From positions 14,508,001 to 14,572,000 of the forward strand of contig CM106586.1 in assembly GCA_048013815.1 (NCBI GenBank): a stretch of 64,000 nucleotides of DNA, given 5' to 3'. Shown here piece after piece: positions 35,052 through 46,994 of this stretch. The notes below the pieces were generated by a model that was not told the origin of the DNA, searched no databases, and worked only from the letters and a program-made list of their open reading frames with translations. This stretch comes from Setoptus koraiensis. Its lineage: Eukaryota; Animalia; Arthropoda. How positions within the stretch are numbered: position 1 is the first letter of the stretch; each line of letters starts with the position of its first letter. The position numbers were made by a program, and so were the translations under genes.

Positions 35052-36137
35052 CTAACTATTCTTACTGACTAACTTGCTCGTATCTTTGTTATCCATTTGC
35101 TTATATTGCTTGTCGTACGTTACAACATTATTGTCTTTGTCACCCACTGAATAGTTGTTGTTGTTGTTGTCGGTATGATTGCGTATGAATCTCTCAACAC
35201 TGCTGAGAGCTTTATCAAATTGGGCCAGATCTCCGATCAATTGTTGAACAAAATCTTGATTGCTCGACATGGTTTTGTACATATCCAAAAGACTTCGACC
35301 GAAATGGGCCCCGTCGCTTCCATGGTCTGAACTGACATCACGCTTCTTTCTACCAGTTGATAACGTGTATGAGCCAGAAGTAAGCATGGACACAAAACAA
35401 GCTGCAATCAATGGCAGAATGATTATACCGGCACCAACAACAATGACAGCGGGAACAACAAGCCAAAACCAATCAGATTTGGCTGTTGCCCCATGATCAT
35501 ACTCCCAATTGTGCATATCATGACCTCTGGCCAGTCTTATCAAGCTTGACGCCATTGAACCAAGAGATGACAATTTATCATCGCCAGAGTTGACTGAATG
35601 ATTTCCAGACTGGTGACCCTTATTGGTAGATTTAACCTGTTGCTGGTTGCTTGACGTCATACTGGACAAACTCTTAACTAAGCCACTGGCCAGACTTTTG
35701 AAATCTAGCCTATCTAAGGAACCGAGTACTTGATTGATTGCCGATGATGTTGATGATGATTTTTGTGAACGTGATTTCTTTGTTGGTTTAGCTGTCGATA
35801 CAATTTTTTCATCATTCACTCGTATTTGCTCACCATGATGGAAGGTCTTTTCTTCATTGCTAGATATAGACGAAGATTTGCTGTTGCTGTTGTTTTGTTG
35901 ATTTTCTGGCAATATAGTAAGATCTTCTTGCTTGTTGCTTGATTCTTGCTGATTGGCATGGTGCAAAATTGTATCAATTGATGATGTCGGTGCTGATGAC
36001 GCATGCATGGACGATGATGAAAAATCAAGGGAGTTTATATTTTCTAATTGTGATGCTTGGTGGCTATTGGCTAGAGTCAATCTAATTAGTATTAAATTGA
36101 CAGCCAGAATGGTTAAGCTTGATTTAAGTAAAGCCAT
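35052..36137 (-). CDS. Orphan signal-peptide protein (361 aa): Ser-rich region, hydrophobic/TM segment, then GRKKR
   Basis: Signal peptide MALLKSSLTILAVNLILIRLTLA; WFWLVVPAVIVVGAGIIILPLIAACFVSML; TLSTGRKKRDV; clean ORF. Confidence 0.85.
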   Translation of the reverse strand: MALLKSSLTILAVNLILIRLTLANSHQASQLENINSLDFSSSSMHASSAPTSSIDTILHHANQQESSNKQEDLTILPENQQNNSNSKSSSISSNEEKTFHHGEQIRVNDEKIVSTAKPTKKSRSQKSSSTSSAINQVLGSLDRLDFKSLASGLVKSLSSMTSSNQQQVKSTNKGHQSGNHSVNSGDDKLSSLGSMASSLIRLARGHDMHNWEYDHGATAKSDWFWLVVPAVIVVGAGIIILPLIAACFVSMLTSGSYTLSTGRKKRDVSSDHGSDGAHFGRSLLDMYKTMSSNQDFVQQLIGDLAQFDKALSSVERFIRNHTDNNNNNYSVGDKDNNVVTYDKQYKQMDNKDTSKLVSKNS

Positions 36138-37604
36138 CTCTACTGTGGTTTCTACTGTATATATGAATACTAACTAACAATATTCACGATTACAACAGAG
36201 ACCAATTTGTTCCTCAAGAAAAATGAGATCACTTCATACTGATGCGAGTGCCTTTTATACTCGAACATTTGCATATTTGTTGTAAACCTCATGAGTATAA
36301 TATTGCAAAAACATACTCTCGCATATATTGTTGCAGTATTATGATAGTGGACATTGACTTGATGAAAAGAAAGGTTTCTCTCCTATTCATTGTAAATGAT
36401 AGATATAATAGTGATTCTAATGGGCTAGACTCTTAGTCACTCTCGCTACTCAAATGAAAGTGTCACAACTTTATAAGCCATAGTAAACACAACAAAGAGC
36501 TTTCTTTTCTGCTAACAATCGGTGACATAAAGTTGGTGGCCGACATCTATTTTGCGACCTAAATAAGAATGAAGCCTCGCTTGAAATCCATTGTTGATCG
36601 TATCTCAAATGTAATGTCACATTATCAACCTCTTTAAAGAACGCAATTCGATATTTACTGGAGTCTTATTATCATTCCTCTCCAACTATATCTGGTGTAG
36701 ATAATATACATAAATAGAGAGATGCGATAATTTCTTGTGTAGATGTAGACAGACAAATATCATATTTCTTGGCGAGGTTTATCATGGGAAAGTGCAAGTG
36801 TGAAATGGTCGCTTTGTGCCATCTCTCCCATATTAATGGTCAATCTTGGTTTAAATTATTTGGCCATTTTCCTTTAGTGTTACAAGGATTAACACACTGA
36901 TCTTATAAGTTCACCTGTGATCGTAAGACCATAAAATGTTTTCAAACCAGTTAACAACTTGTTTGAACACATTTTCATACATCAGAATGACAACAACAAG
37001 TGATAATAAATATCGTCTATTCTTGGATTTAGATTCTTAGATGTCAAAAGATTATTCATGTAAGACTGATCCTGCTGACGCGTACATTCTAATATATCTG
37101 GAATATTGCAACCGAATTTCTTTGTAAGACTAACTTTTCCACAGAGATTTTCCCTATCTAATCGAAAGTACTATGGGCTTGTGGAATTATAGAACAATTT
37201 TCTGTCGACCTCCTTACATTTGATAAGACTGAACACAACAGAGACCTTGGCACTCCTCATAATTATATTGAAATTCTTCTTCAGGGTACAGTGGACAGTA
37301 TCACTTGCACACTGGAGACTCATGGTACAGTACACAAAGAAAAAAATGAAATGGTTGTCATCTATTCGACTAAATCCGTATGGCTCATACTGAATCAGAT
37401 ATGAAGATTACTTGGTACAAGTTAGCGAGCTATGTTGATAGGACACAAATGTATATAATTAGGTTTGAGTTCAATGAAAATCTAAGTTTCAATAATTTTT
37501 AATTTAATTTATTCATCTACTCGGTTCTAATGACTAAGGCATTGGAGGAAAAATACCACCGATTGAGTCCTCATTATGTTGTCGTGCAATTAGGATCCAA
37601 CGCA

Positions 37605-39221
37605 TCAGTCCAGCCGATGGTAAAGAAACGAGGCCTTCTCATTTCCAGTTTCGTTGAGTTTAGTTCTTAGACCTCTATATGTTCGCTTACTTCTATCTTT
37701 AACATTTTTGTAGGCAAGTCTCATTACAGGATTGATGCTTCGTAAAAACAATCCACCCTTTCCTTTCATGGTATTCAACCAATCTTGATATTGGTTTTTC
37801 AAATGTTTTGCTGACCTTTCCTCGTACAAATTAACTTCATACTCAAATTCGTCGTTAAATCCCTCACCTGCATTGAGCATGTCTAATCTACCCTCAACGA
37901 ATTGTCGAAAAATTTGCAGATGTAACATCTTCTGAAGATAAGGCTGCACAGGTGCTGGTCTTGTTTTAACAAATGTATCATAGTTGAAAGTTATCTTGTC
38001 GCCGTTGTTGAATTGGAGTGCCTCCCTATAGCCACCAATGAGCATTACAACAGCTTTTAGGAAGGCCCTTGCCAAACAGTCACCAATAATAATGGGACCT
38101 TTAAGATTTCGTTTCAGACAATTAACGATCTCCATGGGCATTGTTTGCAAATCATCATAGGGTGTTTCTATGACATTTTCGTCTGCTCTTAAAATTACAA
38201 CTTCTACAATATCTTTGGGGTTGATTTCTTTCATTATACAATCGGGAACTCCAATGAGAAATGGCATAGGCGCCGTGACATAACCAACCAAATGTGATGG
38301 TAATATTGGAATATAGATGTGTTGCCAATTCATTGGATAAATAAGGGTATTAGCGGCTTGGACACATGATGACAATCGATCTAGTCTCTTTGATGTGACT
38401 ATTATCCTCCTCTCATTTAGTATGCTGGCAAAAATAGTTATCATATTGTTCACATCTATGGCACTGAAATACTCGGCAAGATTTCTCTAGTTAGATTTGC
38501 AAAAGAAGCAGAGGGCGCGGAAATTTCGACCTTTGTGTTATCAAATAATAACAATAATAAAATATTTGAAAAATGTGTAGACATAATACTTACGTCTTGC
38601 GGAATTGTTGGTATGATACAAGTATCAGGACAAAAGGCAACAAAGTCTTTCGTCTTGCCATCTGCAAAATATGAAACCGTAAAATTGGCCCCGGGGGTCG
38701 GCATCTCACTCATATGGAGACATCTTAGGAATTCTAAAAGACATGATTGCTATATTATATATTAGAGGGGATAAGATTGTCAGAAACAATTTATATATGG
38801 TTATAAATCGTTTTTCAACAGGTGTTAACCGTAGATATTGGTAAGCACTATATCGAACCTTGTTTGTATCTATGTGCAACTGAGCAATGTGATTGATGAT
38901 CTTGTAAAAAGTATCATGCCAAGGCAATTGACTTAGAAGTACGAGGCAAATATCTGAATTGGGTGTTAGTCTACAATAGCCAAATGTCCACTTGGAATCA
39001 CCATTAGTGAGAACAAAGGAGAAGTGAGTTACATTAGTGACTTCCATGTCGCAAGGATAGGCGAATTTTGGCACAGATTTCAAGACCTCTCCATCTTTGA
39101 ATTCCTTTGGGTATCTTCTTTTGATAAATGGTGGGTCTCCATTGATAGGTAAGCCAACCTCGCAATAACAATCATATATCTTTTGTGCGTCGCTCTTGTA
39201 CCGCGTCGATCGATTATTCAT
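37605..39221 (-). CDS. DENND1: DENN domain protein 1 (connecdenn, Rab35 GEF family), about 466 aa (exons 39221-38859, 38749-38594, 38486-37605)
   Basis: uDENN: VPKFAYPC..FSFVLTNGDSKWTFGYCR..LPWHDTFYK. DENN: RNLAEYFSAIDVNNM..ILNERRII..YPMNWQHIYIP..APMPFLIG. dDENN: LQIFRQFVEGRL. In-phase GT-AG introns (total 1401 nt). Confidence 0.93.
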
Positions 39222-40623
39222 AATCCAATCGGAAATAAAATTTCTTTTTCTTCTAATTTAAATCAATAGTAATAATTACATTAGAGCTGATATTGTGATA
39301 ATTCATTTATAAATTTGTATTAATTATATATGCAACATTAAATAATAAATAAAGTATAATAATAAAAATAATTGATACAAGTAAGGCGTAGCAATCGAGA
39401 TGTACAACAATAAAAAAACAACAACAACAAACGCACATGCATTACACAGCAATTATAAAATCATCGTAGACTGCGAATCGCAGTTGGAGGGTTCATCAAG
39501 CAGCTGATCGGAAAAAAAAAACAGGATGTGATCCAATGTCACAGATCATTTTCTTGGACCTAATTCACAACTGTCAGATCAATTTCGACTGACAACCCTC
39601 GAACGTGTTTTTCTTTTTATATTGTTCTTTCAGTTTTACGTCAATCTCTCGACTGATGAGAGAAAGTGATATATTTTAGTGTACCAGAAATAATCAGTGA
39701 AACTACTAACAAATTTGATGGCTTACACAATCAATAGCTACAACTTCTGCCAGTCGAACTGATGCAAGAAATTAGTGAAGAGAAATTAATTAAAGAGTTT
39801 AATTTTTAATCGATCAGCGAAGAGTTAGATTTGATAGATTTGCTTAATTTAGTTGTTTGTCAAATGACGTCATGATGGCGATCTTTAAAGTGTAATAGGG
39901 ATGGCCCACATCCTTGATTGTTGCTTGTCACAATTATCTGGGCCCAGTGTGGGTGTAGTTGTTGTTGCATTGTTGCGAAGGGCAATATAATCTTGTTGAC
40001 ATGTTGAATGTGCATCTGATTTGCTTGTGTGGTTGAAAAGTTCAACATTACTGTATGTGGAGCTCTCATTGAATTGAAATCAGATAGTTGAAGAGATCAG
40101 TTGAGTATGTTGGGTCCAACTAAACTACCATGAGAATAGACAGCATTGTCATAATTAGAGTCTGGTAGTATCATCCCGGTGTTACCTGGCTTGGTTAGCT
40201 GGTCGCTGGTGGGATCCATGACTTCGGCATGGGTGTGCATGTTGTATGGTGGCTTGTGCCGTCAAGTGATGGCCCTCATTGGTGAGATCTGCATAAACTG
40301 CAGTTGAAGTACACGTCTAATTGGTTCTTGATGAAGGTACCTCGTCATCGTTTGGTATTCTACCAATGGTGTTGCCTATAATAGAATTAGGTTGAGCCCA
40401 GTATTTGCTAGGAATTGATGTCTTCTTATGAGGAACATCTGTTATTATTGGTGAGGCTAGATTCTTCTCTCTTTTCATACTCATCAAACAAGGGTCTGTT
40501 GGGTGATGGGACAAACGTGATGACTCTTGGCTAGATGATGATGATTTATTACTTGATGATGAAGTGTTTGTATTCGATTCGAATATTGTAACACGAATGT
40601 TTGAGGCAACAATTTTGCCCCGT

Positions 40624-40898
40624 CTAGTACGCACTAAATAATATAGACACCAAAGAGATCAAAACGGTGACGATCACTGAAAATCCTGCCCTTGAGTAAA
40701 TGGCTTGAGTTTGTCTGGCCTCGGTGGCATCCTCATTAAATATATGACAAAAATGACATTCTAAATCCATAGATTGTTTAACAGCTTCAGATTCGATTGA
40801 CATGTCACGATTGGGAAATAATGATGCTTGTATCGTTGGAGGTAATGGTGGTGGCATAAATAGTATATCGTCCGGTGGGGGCTTCAGAATATTGTTAT
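40624..40898 (-). CDS. Possible terminal exon with hydrophobic C-terminal tail (TM or GPI-signal-like)
   Basis: TTAG acceptor, then DNNILKPPPDDILFMPPPLPP...AGFSVIVTVLISLVSILFSAY*. Upstream exons were not identified. Confidence 0.3.
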
Positions 40899-41924
40899 CT
40901 AACCAAATAGATCTCTCTTTGCATTACACTCCCTTTATGTAGAAATCAAGTCTAACTTGTATTAAAGGCTTATAGGCGATGGAGCCGATACAGCGAGCCA
41001 ACAAGTTGCTATCCAAAAGCTCACAATCGATTCAATCATAGGAGGCTGTGATTGAAGAAATCCGGTGAGAAAAAATCCGATCCGGAAGGCAGGCGAAAAC
41101 TCATTGGATTGGAGCTGACAAGAGAGGTAGTGAATTGAGATATGAAATCGAAGAAAGCGACAATAGATCAGCGGATTACTTCAACCTTTTGAAAAACTAT
41201 CAAGTCTCACAAGGCTCCACCCTGAGTTGACAATTGTGAAACGAACAAACGGTTAAGCCAACGGTTCAAGACGACATTTCATCATGCTAAACAACGAAAA
41301 AGATCTATTTCAAACAGATCTGACAACATCGTCGGGCGGACTGTATTTAGCAATGACAATGGCCATTTAACTGGATCATTTGACAACTGCTGTTGTTGAT
41401 CATCGAATCACCAGCAGAAAGAGAGAGAGAGAGACAGAGAGAGAGCTAACTGAGCTGGACTGATTCTTCATTCAAACAATCCTACGATCTTTCCAAATAT
41501 ACATATATCAGATAAGAGAGACACTGAAGAGCAACACCCATTGCAAACTCAACCAAACGACAATCATGCGTTCTGGGGCTGAATATTGCGTGGGGCGATA
41601 CAAGGACTGGAAACGTGCTCGCGTCATGGAAAGCAGCCGAGCTATTGTTGAATGGTTTTCCGAAAATAGTATTCGTTAAACATTCCTGATTCGTTAACTA
41701 GCTTCGTGAAAAATCTACTTTTGAGCTGTTCGCGGATAAAATGCGAATACCGATCACCATAAATAGCTGTTGCAAATTCCTGTTTGCTGTAGATTTGGTC
41801 TAGTGAATGGAATTGTGAACCAGCAATTTAATTAATATAACAGATAGCAGAAACAAAGTGAATTTATTTTCCAAATCGTCCATATACAATTAGTAAAATT
41901 GGTTAAAGCTTGAAAAGCAAAGAG

Positions 41925-42284
41925 ATGAGATATTCGTGTTTTGGTGTGTCGGTCATATTGGCCATGATCGTGATGGCCATTCTACACTTCGAACTCGGCG
42001 AATGTGATCTTTTGTCGAAACTACCAGGTAATAGGAATAAAAAAAAAGAACTAGAGAGATGTCATCACGAATGGAGGGAAATCACCAATAGATTCGGTGA
42101 ATATCTAACACACACCTCCATGAACAACATTGATTTTACTTATTTGGATAGCGCGAAAGAGGAACTGGCGGTGAAGAAACGCGAATGCGAAAGTTTAGAA
42201 TCGAAGCCAGCGAAGAAATTGGCAGCTTTGAAGGATAAGATGAGGATTAGAAAAAAAAATGAGGGCAAAAAGAATGTTGCCTGA
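41925..42284 (+). CDS. Small basic orphan secreted protein, about 119 aa
   Basis: Signal peptide MRYSCFGVSVILAMIVMAILHFELGEC; helical Lys-rich mature region with Cys residues. Confidence 0.78.
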   Translation: MRYSCFGVSVILAMIVMAILHFELGECDLLSKLPGNRNKKKELERCHHEWREITNRFGEYLTHTSMNNIDFTYLDSAKEELAVKKRECESLESKPAKKLAALKDKMRIRKKNEGKKNVA

Positions 42285-42565
42285 GATGAGTAAAACATCT
42301 ATTCAATTGTGATACTACACTTTGGCGTCGGATTTACAATTGAGTTAGTCTATTGGTGCTGATAAGATGACATCTATTTATTAGATGAGGTTAATAGATT
42401 GACCAAACCGTTAGGTTTAGTGTTATTTGGATTGGTTGTTGATGCTGGTATTCGTTGTTAATCTTTGGAAGATTCATTTTTCACGAGTAAACAAAAACAC
42501 TGTGTTTAGTTGATTTCATGAGTTGATTTGTCTGTGTTTGTTTGTAACTTCAATTATTATTATTG

Positions 42566-43042
42566 TCATTCAATCAATTGATTATTTTCATTAGCTCGCA
42601 CGCGGAGTTGCAGTTTTTCCTCTTGCTTTTTCCGCCGTATTCGTTCTGCCCTGATATGAGCCGAATATTTTCGTAACAAATGCAGACTGGCCTTATTTTT
42701 TCCTAGTTTAATTAGTGGCTCGTAGCACTTAAGTCCAGATTTATACAGAACTAAATATTTGATGCCACCACCCCGGCCTTGATGCCCGATAACAGCAACT
42801 ATGTCCGTAGTATCAGGTGATTCCATTGTCGGTAAGTCGGCGCTTGCCGATGGTGTTTTTTCTGGATGTTCTTGCCACCTTTTTGAATGGCATATCGCAC
42901 ATTTGACCTGTTCTCTCAATTGTATCTTGAAACAGTCGTAACAATAGGTGTGATTACAATTTAACGTAATGGTGTGGTTGTAGTTACAAGAACAAACTTC
43001 GCAGATGTATTCAGTCTTATATACTCTTAATGACTTATCCAT
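42566..43042 (-). CDS. RING (C3HC4) finger plus chromodomain-like protein, 158 aa
   Basis: CEVC..CNH..CYDC..CAIC RING. C-terminal DIVAVIGHQGRGGGIKYLVLYKSGLKCYEPLIKL resembles the chromo-fold pattern (I..h...g..YLVkW....twEP..nL). Confidence 0.75.
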   Translation of the reverse strand: MDKSLRVYKTEYICEVCSCNYNHTITLNCNHTYCYDCFKIQLREQVKCAICHSKRWQEHPEKTPSASADLPTMESPDTTDIVAVIGHQGRGGGIKYLVLYKSGLKCYEPLIKLGKNKASLHLLRKYSAHIRAERIRRKKQEEKLQLRVRANENNQLIE

Positions 43043-44532
43043 GCTGCTGTCAGAATTAATTGATTTCTATCTTGCCTACGGTGATAAAGGGTTGTGCTTT
43101 GGTTGAAATGAGGATGTTTCCAAACGTCACTTTGTCGGTCTGGAAATACTTGCTACTATCGGATGAACATTGACCTATCAGATGTCTCGTCTGATATTGG
43201 TGGTGCCGGTTGTGGCTATATTAAAAATCACAACAACATACTTGTCAGTTTTTACGAGGCTATCATAATAATATACATAATTTATGATGCCTTAATTATA
43301 GCATTAAACTAATAGTTAAAAAATAATAAAAATAGTAATTATTATTAGACACAGAGTAAGGATGAATATATATTATTATTTGGGTGGACAACACCGGGTA
43401 CACCTGTTTTGTATTGTCAATTTTTCACATTATAATGCCGTCTTGTATCATATGTTTCGAAGCATCAAGAGGGCGCCACAGGCGCTATCTCAATTGTCTC
43501 CCTGCTCATCAACTATTGGCGGTCTGACATCCGAATGGCCAAGACAAAGGCCATTTGGAGAGTGTCATCCTCGGAAAAGTTAGCATGAGGCCATTCTATT
43601 GAAAACGGATGCTACATTCTCCATAGTTTGTAGTGATATGTACATGTAGATACCAGGCGAACTCTCCTCTTATTTCGGAAAAGTTTTCTGCCAAAACAAA
43701 ATCGGCACTCACTATGCTGGACACTGTTTTTTTTTTGTTGTTTGTCGGCTACTTGCCGGTTTGCAATAGATTTTCTAATTGAATTGAATTTATTTTTCTG
43801 ACCGGAACAGTTATTGGAAGTGTTGATTACGACGACATAATCAAAACGATGACATGATCAAAACAAGTTATGAGGATGGAAAAGAGAACAAATGTGACGA
43901 TTTAACGTTTTGTACGAGACACTGTCCAAAAACCGAGGTGATCAGCTTAGACAAGTGATAACTGAGTTATACCTGATAGAAAGGAATGTAGATGACCTAT
44001 CAATTTCTAAATTAATTAATTCGGACAATCTGATCGCACATAGGCCTTTCTATGTCATAAAACTAAAAAAAAATCAGATTACTGTTGTCTATGATTACAT
44101 TGCAACCACTGTATCTATTTGTAGTTTTAATGATTTTGGAATCTTTTCACTACCACTTCTCAACATTTACTATTTGTACATCATTACCTCACTATGTGCA
44201 ATTCAAATAAATTATCGTGTTGATTGGCGAGATCTTTTTGCAAGACGTCTTGCCTAGTCTTTCTACTTATATCTGATCCTATTGAGACTGATAGCACTCA
44301 ACGGATATAAAAACTAATATTTCATGTTGCCATCATTAAAACCCGGAAAACATCTACAAAAAGTTAGATTTGGGATGTGGTCGCAAATGAATGGGCGAAT
44401 GGAGGAGGTGACGGAGAAGAGGTTATCTATAGTCGAACATTATCCACTCAATGTAGGACTAGCTGGTGATTTCAATTGGGATTCCATGAAAAACTAGAAA
44501 TTTGTTTTATCATTTTTGCATAGCAAACATAT

Positions 44533-44768
44533 AAAACTTGGTATTCCCTCAGTCAAGGGACTGAGGCAGGGAGATCGTAGGTCGGGAAGGTTCTATTGAT
44601 TTTCCACTCCCCTGTTCTCCCTCACTTTCGCAAATATCCAGAAAACTAAAGCAAAAGGAAAATTTCAGCTGACGAGAAAAAGAGTGTGACCGATATCGTG
44701 ACAAATATCGTGACATTTCTCGTTATTAAAGTTTAAAAGATCTACGTACGTAACCTCCCTACGATCCA
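44533..44768 (-). mobile_element. HINE-like element, copy B (inverted relative to copy A)
   Basis: Reverse complement of 31601-31861. Same hairpin stem with a different loop (aagg on +), same subTIRs, and only 2 copies of the 12-bp unit. Confidence 0.75.
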
Positions 44769-44923
44769 ATATAGCTGATGCTTCATCGTGGCCGAGCGCA
44801 AAATTTATTACCCATTCGCAAATTAAGCAAGATTGGATACAATAAATGAATAAATAGCTTTGAGTGTTGGCCTATCTTGGGACGGGTCTTCATTTTCATC
44901 AGATTTTTTTTAACGTTACGGAA

Positions 44924-45123
44924 GCAGGGAGACCGAGGGTCGGAGAGGTTGGCTCCCGTTTATCACTTGTTCTCCTTCTATCTCCCAACTCTCCCGAAAA
45001 ATAAAGAAAAAACTCAGCTGATAAGGAGAAGTGTCAAAAGTGTGACGTCAAAACGTGACCGATAGCGTGACAGCTCTCCGTAAAAGCTCAAATATCTACG
45101 ACCGCTACCTCCTCACGATCTAA
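44924..45123 (-). mobile_element. HINE-like element, copy C (diverged, lacks 3' hairpin)
   Basis: Colinear with copy B: gcagggagaccgagggtcggagagg ... cagctga ... gtgtgac ... tctacgaccgctacctcctcacgatctaa. Confidence 0.55.
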
Positions 45124-45159
45124 TGATTCGAAATCGTTCAGATTGTTCCACTATTCAAG

Positions 45160-46527
45160 ATGACTATCAAAGCAGTAATACTAATTGGAGGACCCAACAA
45201 AGGTCAACGGTTTCGACCACTGTCGTTTGACTCGCCCAAATACGCATTCCCCATTGGAGGCAAACCTATTATTGCTCATTTGATAGAAAGATGTTTGCAA
45301 TTGGAAAAATTGTCGGAAATTATCCTATTAGGCTTCTATGAGCCAGATGACCTTAACTCGTATGTCCAAACATTTTCAGAAGAAATTTTGGGAAAAACAT
45401 CTATTCGTTACTTGCAAGAATCCAGCAGAATGGGCACTGCCGGAGGTTTATATCATTACAGAGATGAAATCAGACGAGGCGACCCTGAGGCAGTCATGGT
45501 TATAAACGGCGATGTTTGCGGTGATTTTGATTTCGATTTAATGCTCAGCCATCACAGAAAGCTAACAAATTTGGCTTTCAATACTGATAACTTGAAACCA
45601 CCATACATAACGGTCATGGCTACTGAAGCTAGTAGAGACGAATCGCTCAGTTATGGTTGCTTGGTAGAGGATAGCGATAGCCATGTTATCAAGCATTATG
45701 TCGAGAAACCCTCAACTTTTGTGTCCAATTTGATAAGCTGTGGAGCATACATATGCCATCCGAAAATATTCGAACTTTTGGAGCAGGCTAAGGCAAGGAA
45801 AAACCAAGATTCTCTTGATTATCACAATCTAATAAATGGGCAGAGTCCTGCATTACATTTTCACCCTGATTATTTATCTTTGGAGTTGGATATTTTACAG
45901 CAGCATGTCTCCCAGCAATACTGTTATGTCTATCGTACTCAGGGCAAGTGGTGGTGCCAGATAAAGACGGCTGCGTCGGCCATTTATGCGAATCGACATT
46001 TTCTCAAACTATGTAAGACAGAATCAAGCAATGATGCTGCTCTTTTCGGAGATAATAAAACGCACAAAAGTGGTGACCATAAACCTAAAAGATCTATTGC
46101 ATGCAAGATTCTCGGTGATGTCTACATACACCCGTCTTCTACAGTGGATCCGAGTGCTGTTATTGGACCCAACGTATCCATAATGGAGAATGCTATAATT
46201 GGTCCAGGAGTTAGAGTTAAGGAATCTATAGTTTTACAGAATGCCATGATAGGTGGTCACACTTTGGTGATGTATTCAATTGTTGGCTGGAATTGTCACA
46301 TAGGTCACTGGGTCAGAGTGGAAGGTACACCTAGCGAACCTAATCCAAATCAGCGTTATGCCAAAGTGCAAAATCCCCCATTGTTCAACAGTGACGGCAA
46401 ACTGAATCCTTCCATAACTGTCTTAGGTTGCAATGTCAAGATTCCCAGCGGTATGGTTATCATTAATTCAATAGTCTTGCCGCACAAAGAGTTGGCTAGA
46501 AGCTACAAAAACGAAATAATCTTGTAG
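45160..46527 (+). CDS. GMPPA: Mannose-1-phosphate guanyltransferase alpha, single exon
   Basis: KAVILIGGPNKGQRFRPLSFDSPK, YLQE..MGTAGGLYHYRD, HYVEKPSTFVS and a hexapeptide repeat region. Ends with the GMPPA-specific NSIVLPHKELARSYKNEIIL. Confidence 0.97.
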   Translation: MTIKAVILIGGPNKGQRFRPLSFDSPKYAFPIGGKPIIAHLIERCLQLEKLSEIILLGFYEPDDLNSYVQTFSEEILGKTSIRYLQESSRMGTAGGLYHYRDEIRRGDPEAVMVINGDVCGDFDFDLMLSHHRKLTNLAFNTDNLKPPYITVMATEASRDESLSYGCLVEDSDSHVIKHYVEKPSTFVSNLISCGAYICHPKIFELLEQAKARKNQDSLDYHNLINGQSPALHFHPDYLSLELDILQQHVSQQYCYVYRTQGKWWCQIKTAASAIYANRHFLKLCKTESSNDAALFGDNKTHKSGDHKPKRSIACKILGDVYIHPSSTVDPSAVIGPNVSIMENAIIGPGVRVKESIVLQNAMIGGHTLVMYSIVGWNCHIGHWVRVEGTPSEPNPNQRYAKVQNPPLFNSDGKLNPSITVLGCNVKIPSGMVIINSIVLPHKELARSYKNEIIL

Positions 46528-46629
46528 TTTATTTATTTTACAATGACTACAACATCGCTAGTACTTGTCTGTATCAAATAAATAAGGGTTGTTGTTTTTG
46601 TTTCCTCAGGCAATAAACGTGGATATCGT

Positions 46630-46994
46630 AGTACTTACACACCAAGTGCCTAATGGGAAAGAAGGTCCACCACCAATAGACATATCATAGCAGGAGACAT
46701 CCTCTGATATTCCTCGTGCTGGGGAACGATTCCCGCCCAGTAGTATATATTGGTGTCACGGTAATCTCTTTATAATTGCGGTCGTACATTATATCATTGA
46801 AATTCTCATACCTATTACGCCTAAATCCTCTACAAGCCGATAACCACTGAGACCCTTTTCCTAAGTTAGGTTAAAGGTTTGTAATCCTCTGGCATAAGAT
46901 CGTACTTCCTTGCGACCCTTGAATAATCTTCCTCTGTCCTAGGATACCGCCCGAGGGCGTATGACCTTGGGCGGCTGTATACGACGAGGAACAT
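46630..46994 (-). pseudogene. NDUFB8: NDUFB8 (complex I ASHI subunit)-like sequence, disrupted
   Basis: LGRYPRTEEDYSRVARKYDLMPEDYKPL matches the NDUFB8 motif PGPYPxT.eER.aaAkKY.l.peeYkP. TAA at 46868-46866. Weaker downstream similarity (RRNRYE..DIMY; IYYW..Y) lies in different frames. Confidence 0.6.

Noticed and set aside
41040-41400. Coding-like fragments on both strands
   Set aside because: Multiple stops in every frame and no recognisable homology.
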